A DNA stretch of 64,000 bases, from assembly GCF_009914755.1 (NCBI RefSeq), contig NC_060944.1, one strand, 5' to 3'. Positions 1 to 51,888 of the stretch are shown piece by piece. The stretch comes from the human T2T-CHM13v2.0 reference genome, Homo sapiens. The notes beneath the pieces are model-generated. The model was not told the DNA's origin. It saw nothing but the letters and a program-made list of their open reading frames with translations, and did no database searches. How positions within the stretch are numbered: position 1 is the stretch's first letter; each line of letters opens with the position of its first letter. Made by a program: the position numbers and the translations under genes.

Positions 1-530
1 AACTCAAATTGGCTTAAGCAAAATTGATAATTTATTTGCTCGTGGACTGGAAAAATCCTGAGGTGTATAGGCCTCAGGCATAGCTGGATCCAGGTGCTCA
101 ATTTATCTTCAGGAATTACTTTATCTCCATACCTCAGCTCTGTTGTCCTCTCTGGTGGCTTCACTCTAAAGCAGCTTTTACCTTGATGATGTTGAGGTGG
201 CCTCCAAGAACTCCAGGTTCCTACATCTCAACAATCCTTATAGAAAGAGGGTGCTTTTTCCCTAATTTTTGCAGCAAAATCCCAGGGCAGACTGCCTCAG
301 TGAGGAGGACGTATATGCCTACAACTGAACCAATCTCTGTAGCCAGGGGGCCAGAGGATATGGGATTCTCTGATTGGCCAGGCCTGTGTCAAGTTGCCAA
401 TTCCTGAAGGCAAGGGTGGGATCGGCCCCACCAAACTTCATGCACTAAGTGGGAGAAAGCTGGTTCTCCAAAGGAAAATCCAGGTACTGTTATCTGAAGA
501 GGGACAGATGCTGAGGAGGCAGGAGCAAAA
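1..530 (-). mobile_element. Old MLT1 (ERVL-MaLR) LTR remnant
   Basis: aactcaaattggcttaagc...cctcaggcatagctggatccagg resembles late MLT1 LTRs. Confidence 0.5.
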
Positions 531-544
531 GAGGTTCTCTAGCC

Positions 545-695
545 TTCTTGGCTAGAATGTTCACATGAATCGCCTGGGAACCTTGTTAAAATGCACATTC
601 TGATTTGGGAAGTGGGGACTGAGATTCTGCATTTCTTACAGCTCCCCTGTGAGGTTGAGGCTGCTGGTTCTCACGCTAGCCACACTCTGAGCACC
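545..695. mobile_element. MER5A-like hAT-Charlie DNA transposon
   Basis: gaatcgcctgggaaccttgttaaaatgcacattctg...gattctgcatttct. Confidence 0.65.
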
Positions 696-902
696 ATATT
701 GCATTTCTAAACTCACTCAAACCACTTTGTCACAAGGCACTCTGCAGAGAGGCCCTGGGCTACATAAACCTCTTTCTTCCACCATTCTCTCCCCACCTTC
801 ACCCCATCCCCTGTTCCCAAACTCACCCGAATAATATCAGCACCATCTGTTTGGGAACCACTCACCAACATACTATAGATTCTGCTGACAAATCACAGTT
901 GA

Positions 903-1248
<346 letters not shown>

Positions 1249-1844
1249 CCAGTGACCTTTTTATGAGGAGCCACAGAACAAATTCTCTTTTGAATTTATA
1301 CTCAAAAAATATTTGTTTCTGTCAACAGACAATTTGTTGTGCTTCCTGGGATCTTATGGTGATGTTGTACAAGTTTCCATTTTTATCTTGGCTACTAGGA
1401 AGCTCAGAGATAAATCTAGTACTCAATGGTAGTAGCAGTCCCACCCTGGGCTTCTGGTTCAATAATCTTTCCCTTCTATATGGTGTAGAGTAACCCTTTT
1501 TGAGTCTTGCAGTGCTCTGTGTATGGTTTAATATTATAAGCTCCTTCAAATCCTTTTTGGAAGTCGGTTCTTCTTTGGAGTATTCTTGACTTTCCCCCAA
1601 TCTTTATCTATTCAGATCCTCCCTGTTCTTCAAAACCCAACTCATTATCTTGCTGCTCAATTATTATTGTAAACAGGTTGCTTTTTATACGAACTTACTA
1701 ACATACACGTAGGCACATAAATTCATTTTAGAAGAGTGGTTTGATGTACATGTTTGCAGTTTGCATTTTTCACCCAATAAGTATTTTAGCAATCTTTGCA
1801 TGGCCCCTCCTATGTTTACCACTCCCTAGTAGCTTATTTTTCTT

Positions 1845-2070
1845 TCATTCTTAAAACTGTGGTAAAATATGCATAACAAATTTTCCATCCTAATCATTTG
1901 CAAGTGTACACTTCAGTGGTATTCAATCCATTCAGCATGTTGTGCAACCCTCACCACCATCCATCTCCATAACTCATTTCATCTGAAACTCTACACCCAT
2001 TGAACACCACTAACTCCTCACTTCCCCTTCCCCCAGCCCCTGGCAACCACCATTCTACTTTTTGTATCTC
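1845..2070 (-). mobile_element. L1M 3' end fragment
   Basis: gtggtaaaatatgcataac...cccagcccctggcaaccaccattctacttt. Confidence 0.7.
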
Positions 2071-2379
2071 CTAATAGCTTCTTAGTATGTGGCTTCGGAA
2101 TGTAATTGTGTGTCCAGTCTCCCCTTCTCAACTCGGTCATAGAGCAGGAATGTCCTGATGCTTTTACTTTTTTTTTTTTTTTTTTTTTTGCCCCGTCTTA
2201 TGGTGCTCAGACACTTTTACTTCCTACTACATAAAGTATGGCACGCCAGGCATGCAGCCATTCACTCACTGTGCATGACACTCCTACTGTGTGCCAGGAG
2301 ACACTGGGCTAAGCACTGAGGAACGCAGGTGTGAGCACCAGCCTTTCCTGTGCTGCAGTGATGGGAGCATTCTGTCTCT

Positions 2380-3140
<761 letters not shown>

Positions 3141-3280
3141 CTAGTGACCATGAACATGGACATTTCTGATGCCCAGTCCACACCAGGCAGCAGACATGGT
3201 TCTCTCATTTAGGGAGACAATCACATTTTACACAAATTTGACTCCTGCCAGTGTATCACTTTCAGAAAAATCACACTTTC

Positions 3281-3597
<317 letters not shown>

Positions 3598-4714
3598 TTA
3601 TTGTGCAAAAATGGAACTCATGGGAATTCCCTATTTTAAAAAAAGCGAACTTCTCCAGTGTTGCAGTATCTCTAGGCTTGTGGGCCAGAGGAATTGCAAA
3701 CTGTGCTTGCTTCATGATCCGGGGCAGTGTCACGTCTGCCAGTAAACAGAAATAGTTGTGGTTAATGTTTCTGCAGCGCTTACTGCATGCTGGGCACTTT
3801 TACACTCATCAACTTGCTCAGTGCTCACCACCACCCTATGAGGTAGAACCCTTGCCACCCTTTCTCAGAGATGGCCTTGGATTGTGAATGAACACAGGTC
3901 TTCTGAGACCCCTCCCTCGGGACCCTGTGGCCATCTTGAATATGTACATTGATCACGTAAGTGAAGCATACAAGGTGCTCAACGCGCATGGATTGGAAAT
4001 CACAAGACTCACAGCTGCAGATCAGTGGGTGCCCAGAGAGGTAGAGTGAGCTGCCCTACCTCACACAGTGCTGCTCTTCCCAGAACATCTTTATGCTGAC
4101 CAAAACACACGAAATGTGATATAATTTTATGTCATATATGTCACACAAGATGCCCGTTTAATTTCCCAGAACTGTAATACACATTTATCTCAAAGAGAGA
4201 TGCTGGTTTCAGTTTTAAATGCATGCAAGTACATTATAAATCTGTGCTTAATTATGATAATTTTTCAAATTAATGATCCAGCACTCCAAGAGTCTGAATG
4301 TGTTCCTTATTTTATTTCCAAAAGACAAACAAAGCAAAACCGCTCAAGTCTTGAGGTGGCAAATCTTTCCCAGTTCCCACCAGAAGAGGTAAATCCTTGT
4401 AAATAAAAGGAATCTTTTTTCATTTTTAAAAGTAACTCATCTAAGCCTAGGAGTTTGGGGTTTTTTTCCTTAAACCACAAATACATGTTTATTTTAACAA
4501 GATAAGTATAACTGAGTTCTAACTGCTTTAGAAGAAAATGGCAATTGTGCAGAGATGAGAAAAGCAAGCACTTCCTTATGTGGTTGTCACAGCCTGCCTT
4601 CTCAGCAAATGTGTGTGCACATTTTGAGAAAAGAAATGAAACATTTCTTCCACTTTTACAATTATGTTTTGACTCTACTTGGAGTAAATGTGTTTTGTTT
4701 AAGCATCCTTAAAT

Positions 4715-5460
4715 TAATTCAATACAGCAGCAAAGTCTGCAAGCTCTACCTCCAAAATGTCCCCCAAACCTGTCCAATGCTTACCTCCTCTCTGCCCCCA
4801 CACTACCCTGGGCCACCATCATCTCATACCTGAACAATTTTGGCAGATTTCTCACAGGGTTCCCTCCCCTGCTCCCCACTGTCCACGCCTCACTCAGCCA
4901 CCGGTGGGATTATTTAAAGTGCAAATTGAATCCCATCATTCTCCTGCCAGAAACTTTCCATCATCCTTAGAATAAAATCCAAAGTCCTTACTGGCCCTAC
5001 AGGATATGGTGGCCTTGTCACAACCACCCTCTTCCCTGCCCATGAGCTTCAGCTACACTCTCCTGCTTTCAGTGCCTCCAACTTCTCTCTAAGCACATGC
5101 CAGCCTCAGGGCCTTTGCATTTGCTGTTCCCTCTGCCTGGAACACTCTTCCCTCAGAGTGTCCCCTCACTGGCTCCTTTGTGTCATTTAGACCGCAGGTT
5201 CTGTATCCCTTTCTCTGACAGGCCTTCCCCAAATGCCCTGCCTAAAAGAGCCAGACCTGTTGTTCCCCACAGCATCCTCTCTTATTGTCCTCACACTTTT
5301 CATTAACTCAATTTGCCCTGTTATTTATTTGTTGGCCTGTTTATTGTCTCTGTCTCCCATTCGGCTGCAGTTGAGGTCCTGAGGGCGTGAACTTGCTTCT
5401 CTTCTTCACAGTTTAGAAAAGTGCCCAGTAAATCTTGGCTGTGTAAATGGATGAATGAAT
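4715..5460 (+). mobile_element. L2 3' fragment
   Basis: cctcagggcctttgcatttgctgttccctctgcctggaacactcttcc; ends in tgaatgaat. Confidence 0.75.
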
Positions 5461-5473
5461 TACCAAACAACTC

Positions 5474-5642
5474 AGAGAGAGACAGAGAGAAAGAGAGGAG
5501 GAAGAGGAAGAGGAAGAAGACGAAGAAAGAGGAGGAGGAGGGAGGACAGAGGAGGGGGAAGGAGGAGGAGGGGAAGGAGGAGGAGGGGGAAGGAAGAGGA
5601 GGGGGAGCAGGAAGGAAGGGAGGGAGGGAGGGAGGGAAGGAG
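5474..5642. repeat. Polypurine low-complexity tract (GA/GGA/GGAG)
   Basis: About 170 nt almost entirely A/G. Confidence 0.9.
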
Positions 5643-6299
5643 TTATAAGCAATTTATAAATTGATACCAGTAATACGGTGCCTTGACAAACTAGATTGTT
5701 TGAGCCATGTTATGTGACCTCATCTTGTTATTTAATATAAAAATGGCAATTTATCATCTGATAATACTGCAGTTTTTCTGTAGTGTTTGCTCTGAGCCTG
5801 ACACTGCACTGAGTATTTCCCCACTGTAGGTCATATTATTGTCCCCATTTTGCCGATGAAGACCTGAGAGGTGGGTAGGGGCAGGAAAGTGGTCAGTGAG
5901 GTGCTGGTGGGGTGGAGGGGCCAAGGATCAGCTGAGGCTTTCTGACCTGAGAGCTGGCAGTGCCCACCCAACAGCTCTACCTGTTACATTTCTGTTATCC
6001 TCATGCCATCCTCTGAATAAACATCCATCACGCTGGTCCTTGGTACCCACGACAATGACAGCTTGTCAGCCCTGGGCCAGTGCTGTGGCACGTGGACATG
6101 GGGAAGCCCAGAGGTGGCAAGGATGGAGTGGGTTCCATGTGGGGAGGATAAGGGTGCATGGAGCTGGCAGGGGAGTTAAGACCGGGAAGGCCAGTGGGAG
6201 CCAGCCCGGGGGCAGGGGACCTGGAATGCCAGCATCAGAAGACTTCCCCGCATGAGGCTCTTGGTAACTGGGGCTCACCTCCCTTCTGTCTGCTGCAGG

Positions 6300-36134
<29,835 letters not shown>

Positions 36135-36465
36135 TAGGGAGGACCAGGGCAGGGCCAGGGGGTGCCCAGGTGGTGGCTGCAAGGTGGCTCCAGCACCATC
36201 CGCCAGGGCCCACACCCCCTTCCTACTCCCAGACACCCACCCTCGCTTCAGCCACAGTTTCCTCATCTGTCCAGTGGGTAGGTTGGACTGGAAAATCTCT
36301 TTTTGACTCTTGCAATCCACAATCTGACATTCTCAGGAAGCCCCCAAGTTGATATTTCTATTTCCTGGAATGGTTGGATTTTAGTTACAGCTGTGATTTG
36401 GAAGGGAAACTTTCAAAATAGTGAAATGAATATTTAAATAAAAGATATAAATGCCAAAGTCTTTA
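36135..36465 (+). other. HCK: HCK 3' UTR (end approximate)
   Basis: Lies between the stop codon and the AATAAA at 36437. Confidence 0.8.
36437..36442 (+). terminator. HCK polyadenylation signal AATAAA with downstream GU/U-rich element (~36471-36490)
   Basis: AATAAA about 300 nt after the stop, followed by gttggttttcctgtcctt. Confidence 0.85.
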
Positions 36466-36589
36466 CCAAAACGTTGGTTTTCCTGTCCTTCCAATTCCTG
36501 AATATCTATTTGCCTTCTTGCTGTATGACAAGTCAGAAATGGTGAAGGACTCTCCCGGGGACCAGAAATACAAAGACAAGTGGGGTTCA

Positions 36590-36753
<164 letters not shown>

Positions 36754-36837
36754 GATGAAGAAGAAGAAAGAAAGGAAAGGAAAGAAAATTGGGGTTCAAT
36801 GCTTGAGGTTTTCTAACTGCCCTAAAATAGTTACTGG

Positions 36838-37700
<863 letters not shown>

Positions 37701-38394
37701 TATCCAGATGCTGGATGGGTTTTGCCTCCAAGGAGATGGGTCTTCCAGGATGACAGGAATGGTTTCTCATGATCTTGGACCCTGACTTTCCTGTTAGGCC
37801 ACATTGCTATAAGAGCTGGTCAGTTTACAGCTCCCCAGAGCTGGGGGCTGCCTCCAGGGCTGGGGGCTGCCTGCAGACCTGACGTTTCCCATGGGTCAAG
37901 CAGCCATCATACTTGTCGAAGTGGTATTTGCCATTGCAGGAATCCTGGTCTGGAGATATGGCTGCTGAGAGGTGTCTAGTACCCTACAGGGGAAGCTCTC
38001 AGTGGAGGGGTGGGAGACCTGCGTAGGAAGCAGAGAAGACGAAGCAGTGCGGGCTTCCTGAATGTTGCCTCAGCTGAAAGACCCTGGCAGCTAGTTTTTA
38101 TCATAGAGAGAAAGACAAAAGAGGTGGACAATGGGTGAAAACGAAACACCACCTTTCTATATTATTGCATCCCCTGAAGGTTGTACATCACATCACCCCC
38201 CAGGGTCCCATGGAATCCTATACTAACTTGATTCTGTACTTCTGAGTAGGGTGGGGTTCTAACCTTAGGAACTGAATATAAGAACAGTGGAAAATAAAGC
38301 TAGCAGTGTTTCAATTTACCTAGTTGGTAATTTCTTTCTTGCTTTCTAGTTTGGGGTATGGCTTGGGTACATGAAAGCAGAGCCCAGGGTCTTC

Positions 38395-38765
38395 TGATGG
38401 AAATGTTCCCTTATGATTTGTGATAATAATCCAATGGGAGGAGTACATTTCCCTGCTCCATCAGTGTTGAGCTTGACCGTGAGACTTGCTTTAGCCAATG
38501 GGATGTTAGCAGATGTGATGCAAGCAGAGGCTTGAAACGTGCTTGTGGGGCTGGGCTTGCCTTCCAGTCTTTTGCCCTGAAAAGAACATGGTCCGAGGAA
38601 GATGAGTGACAGATGGAGCAGACCTAGACCAACCTGCAGGCCTGAGCCCAGCCTAGATCAACTGAGCTCCATCTGACCTGTGGACATGTGAGAGAGAAAT
38701 AGATGCTTTTGTGTTCTGGGGTTGTTTTGTTACATAAAAGTATGACAGCCACAGCAACTGAGGCA
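38395..38765 (+). mobile_element. MLT1 (H/I-like) LTR remnant
   Basis: gtgagacttgctttagccaatgggatgttagcagatgtgatgcaagcagaggcttga. Confidence 0.65.
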
Positions 38766-38828
38766 CGATCTCAAGAGTTGGAGCCTATTGCTTATGAACA
38801 AGGTTAAGAGATCAATTTCTGCTTCTTA

Positions 38829-42370
<3,542 letters not shown>

Positions 42371-42774
42371 TTTCAGAAAAAAAAGAGAAACTTGCCCATG
42401 TTATGGAGCTAATGAGTGGTGGAAATGCGTTCTGAACCCAGGCAGTCTAGTTCTAGGATTCTGGCATATGTCACCAAAAGAGATTGGGATATGAAAGGCC
42501 TTTAGGGAAAAATACAAAGCATGAGAAAAAAAATGGAAATACTAAAAAATAATAGGCCATTTATGGAGCTTTGCTCCTTATCAGTTATCTTTCTTCAGGC
42601 AGCTAGAAATGGTGGGAAACACTCAGGATCGAAGCTCTAGGAAAACTGGTTCCAAGTCTGGAAACTATGAGACTGCAGCAAATTCCCCCTAGTCTCTCAA
42701 GCTTCCTCCTCCTTGGGGTTAATAGCCAATCTGCCAATCTTCAGGATGGTTGTGCAGGTCACAAGAGTTAATGG

Positions 42775-43275
42775 GTGTGTGTTTCAATGATCTATTACTG
42801 AAATGATCTATAATAAACCACCCCACTCTAAAGCTGGGCTTAGCTGGGCAGTTCTTTTGGTCCACATGGTGTTCATGAGGTTATTCATGTAGCTGCATTC
42901 AGCTAGTAGCTCAGTGGGGGTTGGAATGTCCAAGATGACTTCAGTTACATATTATAGTGCTTAGCTGTAGTTTCTAGAATGTCTTGAGGAGTTGGCTGGG
43001 CCTCCCTCTCTCTCCAGGTGCCTTTCCAGCAGAGTAGCTACACTTCTTTATAACCAAGAAGGTAGAATCAGACGTTTTCAATCCTCTTAAGGCCTAGGCT
43101 CAGTACTGGCAGAATCACTTGTAGCACATCCTATTGGTCAAAGCAACCAACATGACCAGCCAGATTCAACAGGAGGTAAAACAGAGTCTATCTCTTGAGG
43201 AGAGAAACCGTATGCTCATCATGCAAGGACGGACAGAACTACCTGGCAGCCATCTTTGCAGAAAATCCACCACAG
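42775..43275 (-). mobile_element. MLT1 LTR remnant upstream of the TM9SF4 promoter
   Basis: ggaatgtccaagatg...tcctcttaaggcctaggctcag...ctattggtcaaagca...cagccatctttg. Confidence 0.6.
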
Positions 43276-44079
43276 TGGTGCCCATAGGTGGGGATCAGAG
43301 TTCAACTGTCCCTTGCCCCCTAGAATTAGATAAAAAGAGTCTAATGAACTGTTAGCATAATGCTAAGTGCTGCAGCACACAAAATGCTCGGCAAGTGCTG
43401 ATGATTATTATTAATCATTATTATTCTTTTAATAGCTTTTTTAAAACAGTCTAAGATAGCACTGGTACTGTATTCAGTTTAAAGTGATATACATGGGTCA
43501 AATGAACTTTGAGTTCTTTCCCAACCTTAATACCATGATTCTTTGAGTCTCTTTTTCACAGATTTGGAAACTGAGGCTTAGGAAGATTGCGTGACTTGTC
43601 TGGAGTCACACACTAAGCTAGTGCATGACGTCCACATTCAGAGATATCTCCCTCCACTGAATATGCTGGTTTTCACTCGTTCATTTAAAAAATAATGTAT
43701 TGGGCATCTACCACAAGCCCAAAGGAGTATACATAAACATATACTGACAATTATTTATTGAATACATCCTATGTAATACTGTGTCACTGAATCCTCATCA
43801 CAAGCCTATGATGAACCAACCCCCTTCCCATTTCACAGATGGGAATGAGGAAGAGCAAGGTAAAAAACGAACAAACAAAAAAACAGGGTCCACCCTCATG
43901 GGGATTACAGTCTACTAAAGAGGATATAGGATAGTCAAACAAATACTTAAAATCAAACAAATACTTAAATATATAATTACAAATTATTCTTGGAGTCGTA
44001 CTGCTCTTGGAGCCCCAGTGCCCACCCTTTCCCTCAAATCAAGGTCTCAGGTAACCCTGGCAATGGGTCTTCCTGCCAG

Positions 44080-44690
44080 TAGTAAAGATGGCGCTGAGAG
44101 CACGAGCGCACTTTCGCACACCCCCATTACCCACAATGCAGCGGGAATAAGGGAGGCTCAGTTTCTGCCAGGAGCTAATATGGCTTCCTTAGTTACACCG
44201 TTCTCTCTCTTCACCTAATCAGCGACCTTACTTTCCCAGACCAGACTGTCGAGCAGGAGCTAAGACTCCTTTTCCCCTCTGCTGACCGCCACTACAGGAG
44301 CGGTTGAAGCCAGACGACCACCTTGTGGAGTTAAACTCCGTAACCAGGGAGCACCACTTCCGCTGACGTCATTACGGCGACACGTGGATCCAAGATGGCG
44401 ACGGCGATGGTGAGTGAAGGAGACTCCGGGAGCGGGAGCTGGAGCGGGGCCCTCCGGGGTATCCCAGGATCTTCCAGCACCCCATGCCTGGCCCTGAGCC
44501 ACCTCCGGGACCCCTGACTCAGGCCTGAGGGCTACCTCTGACTGGGCTTGTCTTCCCCGAAATCCACCTCCCTGGCCCTGCCCCTGCACTCAGGCTTGTG
44601 AAGGCCCCGAGTTTTGGGGGAGGCGCCGTTTCGGAGGAAGACCTCGGCTGCTGCCTTCGCCGGTTCCCATTCTACTTTTGGTCTCCGCCC
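44080..44690 (+). promoter_or_regulatory. TM9SF4: CpG-rich TM9SF4 promoter / exon 1 region: ZNF143-type site 44128-44143, ETS ACTTCCG 44356-44362, CRE TGACGTCA 44364-44371, E-box CACGTG 44381-44386, YY1 AAGATGGCG at 44085-44093 and 44392-44400
   Basis: Locally high CpG density and consensus motifs clustered just upstream of the ATG. Confidence 0.85.
44395..44409 (+). CDS. TM9SF4: TM9SF4 first coding exon (MATAM); later exons are beyond the window
   Basis: caagATGGCG start in good Kozak context and a consensus donor ATG|gtgagt. From memory, TM9SF4 begins MATAMDWL and lies downstream of HCK. Confidence 0.88.
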
Positions 44691-45064
44691 ACTGTGAGCC
44701 CCATTTTCCATTTCTCACCTCCCTGTCCTGACCCCTCTGAAGACCCCCTCCCGTTATTCTCATCCTTGCTCCTCCCCGTCACGTCCAGACCCTGCTCTCC
44801 CCGCCTCCCCACCATCATAACCAGTCCGCAGATGTGACCTCTCCTCTGACCACCCTCCCAGCCCAAGCGCTGCCTCAGATCCTTTTCAGAGCCCTGTCCT
44901 CACTTACACTCATAGCTGTCCCCATCGCGCACCCCCTTGACTGCCGCTACCCCAGAGCTTGCCTTCACCTACCCCACCCCCATCTTTCATCCCTAGAGGC
45001 TTCCCTGCCCTTCCTGTCTTCTCTCAGTCAACTCCCTGCCCCTCTCTTAGGGACCTTTTACCCT

Positions 45065-45265
45065 GTTGGTTCTCAAACTTTACTGTGCATAAGAATCTCG
45101 AGGTGTGTAGGGGGAGGCATGCTAAAAATGCAGTTTCCTGAGCAGCCCCACTCCCAGAGATTCTAATTCCATAGGGCTAGGTGATGCCCAGGAATCTGCC
45201 CTTTTATAAGCACTCTAGTGATTATATAGTGGAGGTGGTCTGTGAACTACGTTTTGAAAAACACT
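45065..45265. mobile_element. MER5-family DNA transposon
   Basis: ggttctcaaacttt...cccagagattctaattc...cccaggaatctgc...ttgaaaaacact. Confidence 0.7.
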
Positions 45266-46099
45266 AATAGCCCCACCTCACTGCTCTCCTTCCCATTCCC
45301 CAACATGGCCACACAGCTCGTTAGGGATGAAGGCTCTTTATTATGAAGCTATATGTTGGGATGAAGTCTGTGTGTGGATGAGGGTGGAGGTAAAATAGCC
45401 ATGCTTGGAAGTTGGGTCAGAGCTTGCGGGCTCCTGGTGCAGAACCTTGGAAGTAAATCTTTGAAGGACTGGCCCTTTTTCTAAAAGTTTAGTTCAAATT
45501 CTGCTTGTCAAGAGACCAGAACTAAAATTGAAGTCACTTAGTCCAGAATGATTTCCTGGGTCTTCCTGCATACTGCCTCCTCAGCAGATAATTTCGTCCG
45601 GGGAGTGAATGACAAGGAAGACTCAGAGAAAAGGAAATGACATTTGACTTTAGCAAAGGAAGATTCTGGCTTAAATAATTTGGTGTTGGTTTTCTCCAAA
45701 CAGGGATATATTATTGACTGGTAGCAATTTTCCCTCCTTCTCTTAGCTGACTGAGAACTTACCTTTGTTTAATGAGGGATTCCTTATTTAGAACTTCAGA
45801 GGTCAGGTAAAAAGATTTCATGGCCTTACCTGGTTTCTGTGGTTTCAGACTTCAGGCTGAACCACGAGTGGGGCAAATCCTCAAAGTAGTATGTTGAAAC
45901 CTACATATATGTATATATATTCTGGTACCACATTCAGAACAGAGATAGTGTAAGAACTTAAAAGGAAATCACACCCTCTCTTGCTATAAGGAAAACATTG
46001 AGTAAAGTGGTATTTACGGCACTGCACTGGGAAATCCCTGCCTTGTTCAGAGATTTTTAAGAGGTTATAAGCTAGCAATACATATATGTGGTACACATC

Positions 46100-46600
46100 T
46101 ATTTAGTCAACAAATATTTGAGTACCAATTCTGTTCCAGGAACTAGGGATGTAGTTGTGAATTACAGGGTCAAGGTCCCTACACTTGTGGAGCCTTTCTG
46201 GTTTGAGGAGACAGGCAGTGAACAAGTAAATACGTGAACAAAATAATGTCACCAGTAGATGCTGTGAGGACAGCAAAATGAAGTGATAGTGATTAGGGGT
46301 GACTGGGTGACACAACTACTTTGGATTGAGTGGTCAGAAAGAAGTCTTCTCAGAGGAGGTGACTTGAGTTAAAACATAATTAACAAGAAGGAACCAGCCA
46401 TGCAAAGAATGTTCCAAGCAAAGGAAATGGCAAGTGTAAGGGGCCGATGTGGAAGGGAGCTTGGTGTTTTTGAGGAACACACAGAAGGCTGGAGGGGCCG
46501 AAGCATGATGAGGGTTGGGGTAGGAGAGAATGATACAAGATGAAACTGGAGGGAAGCAAGAGCAACTGTTTTGAGAAGCATGCCTGGAAATGGGAAGGAC
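46100..46600 (-). mobile_element. L2 3' fragment
   Basis: caacaaatatttgagtacc...gtggtcagaaagaagtcttctcagaggaggtgac. Confidence 0.75.
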
Positions 46601-46750
46601 TGCGGTCTACATTTTGTTGTCTGTGGATTGCATTTTGAAATAGTGTTGTATTAGGCTGCTTCCCCTTCCCATCCCCTTCAGGACAGTACTTGAAGGGAGC
46701 CAGCTTGTTCTCAGTTGGCACAGAGGCTGTGGAAAGGAGTTTGGATTTTA

Positions 46751-47375
<625 letters not shown>

Positions 47376-48289
47376 ACACACCACCACCAACAAAACCCTG
47401 CAAGTACGGTGATTTAGTGTTTGTTGTGCCACCTGGGAGTGTTGTACTGAAAACAGTAACTGATTTAAAGAAACTGAGTATGTAACATATGCAGTGACCC
47501 ACAGAGGCCAGTTTAAAGGGTGCATATGGAGAAACTTCATATCTGGTGCAATAGTGAAAAGGTGTGGAAGCAAATTTATTACAGGGGTATGTGATGAAGG
47601 GGCAAAGTGGAGTCACAGGCTTGAGTTTGGTCTGTGTCAGCACTTCATTACACGGAAGTCAGAATAGTCCCCACACCCTCATACACACCCTCATTTCATA
47701 ACCATTGGGGCGAGGGGGTGCGGTAGACCTACTTTGGAGTGTATGGGTCTCTGAGGTGAGTCATACAGCCAAAGAGGAACTGAACTAGTGGATCCAGTGG
47801 CCGTGGGAATAGCTGGGTTGCTGGTTTGTCCTTTGTTTTGAAAGTTAGGGTTGTGGGTGCAAGTGCGGTGGCATGTGAGCTTTTCCCTTTCTCTCTTTCC
47901 TTGGTGAATGGCTCTTCTTCCCCAAGGGTTGAGCCGCCAGCTCCCAGAACAATGTCAGTATGGAGGGTGTTTCCTGAACCCGCAGGGCAAGACTTCTCCC
48001 TCCATAGAAGATAGCTGGTGTAAACTGAAGTTCTCTTTGATTTTCCTGTCTTCTTCCATCCTTAGATTTAGACTACTCTGTAAAGTTACAGGATACAGTG
48101 TTGATCTAGCTAGGTCTGAATTGAGATGCGGGCTCATGTCTCACTCTTTATGGAAAACGGTTCTTGGGAATATTATTTCATTGAAACTTGGGAAATGTCC
48201 ATTGAGTACATTTCTAGATGTGTCAGGAGTCTAGAAACTTCAGTTTGGAGAATAACTACTTCCCTCACATCATTGTTCATACTGTTTTG

Positions 48290-48830
48290 GTTTTTATTAT
48301 AATCTTCTTTATGGATATAATTCATATGCCATAAAATTCACCCCTTTAAAGTATATAATTTAGTGGGTTTTAGTGTTTTTATAGGTTGTGCATACACTAA
48401 ATGTGATGGTTATCACCATTGTGTAATTCGGAACATTTCATCACCCCAAAAAGAGAGTCACTCCCTACTCTTCCCTCCCCACAGCCCTAGGCAACTACTA
48501 ATTTACCTTCTGTCCCTATAGATTTGCCTATTCTGGACATTTTATACAAAGATAATTATATAATATGTGATCTTTTGTGTCTGGCTTCTTAGCATAATGT
48601 TTTCAAAGTTTGTTTATGTTGTATCATGTATCAGTAGTGCCGCATCCCTTTTTATGGCTGAATCTTCCCTTGTATGGATGTACCACAGCTTGTTTATCAC
48701 TCATCAGTTGATGGATATTGGGATTGTTTTCACTTTTTGGTTGTTAGGTATAATGCTGCTGTGAACATTCAGGTGTAAGTTCTTGTGTGAACATACATTC
48801 AGTTTCCATGGGTGTATGGAAGTGTATTCC
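48290..48830 (-). mobile_element. L1MB-like 3' end
   Basis: atataattcatatgccataaaattcacccctttaaagtatataatttagtgg...gatttgcctattctggacattt. Confidence 0.8.
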
Positions 48831-48900
48831 TGCATCAGTTCACACTGTTTTGAGGTTACTTGGGTTTGAGCCACTCCAGAAACAGGAATGGAATAAATGA

Positions 48901-51888
<2,988 letters not shown>

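Noticed and set aside
5413-5664. Poly-E/R/P ORFs
   Set aside because: Low-complexity purine tract
6252-6298. Intronic ATG in frame with the p59 start (MRLLVTGAHLPSVCCR)
   Set aside because: Poor Kozak context, runs through the pyrimidine tract, no promoter evidence; expected by chance
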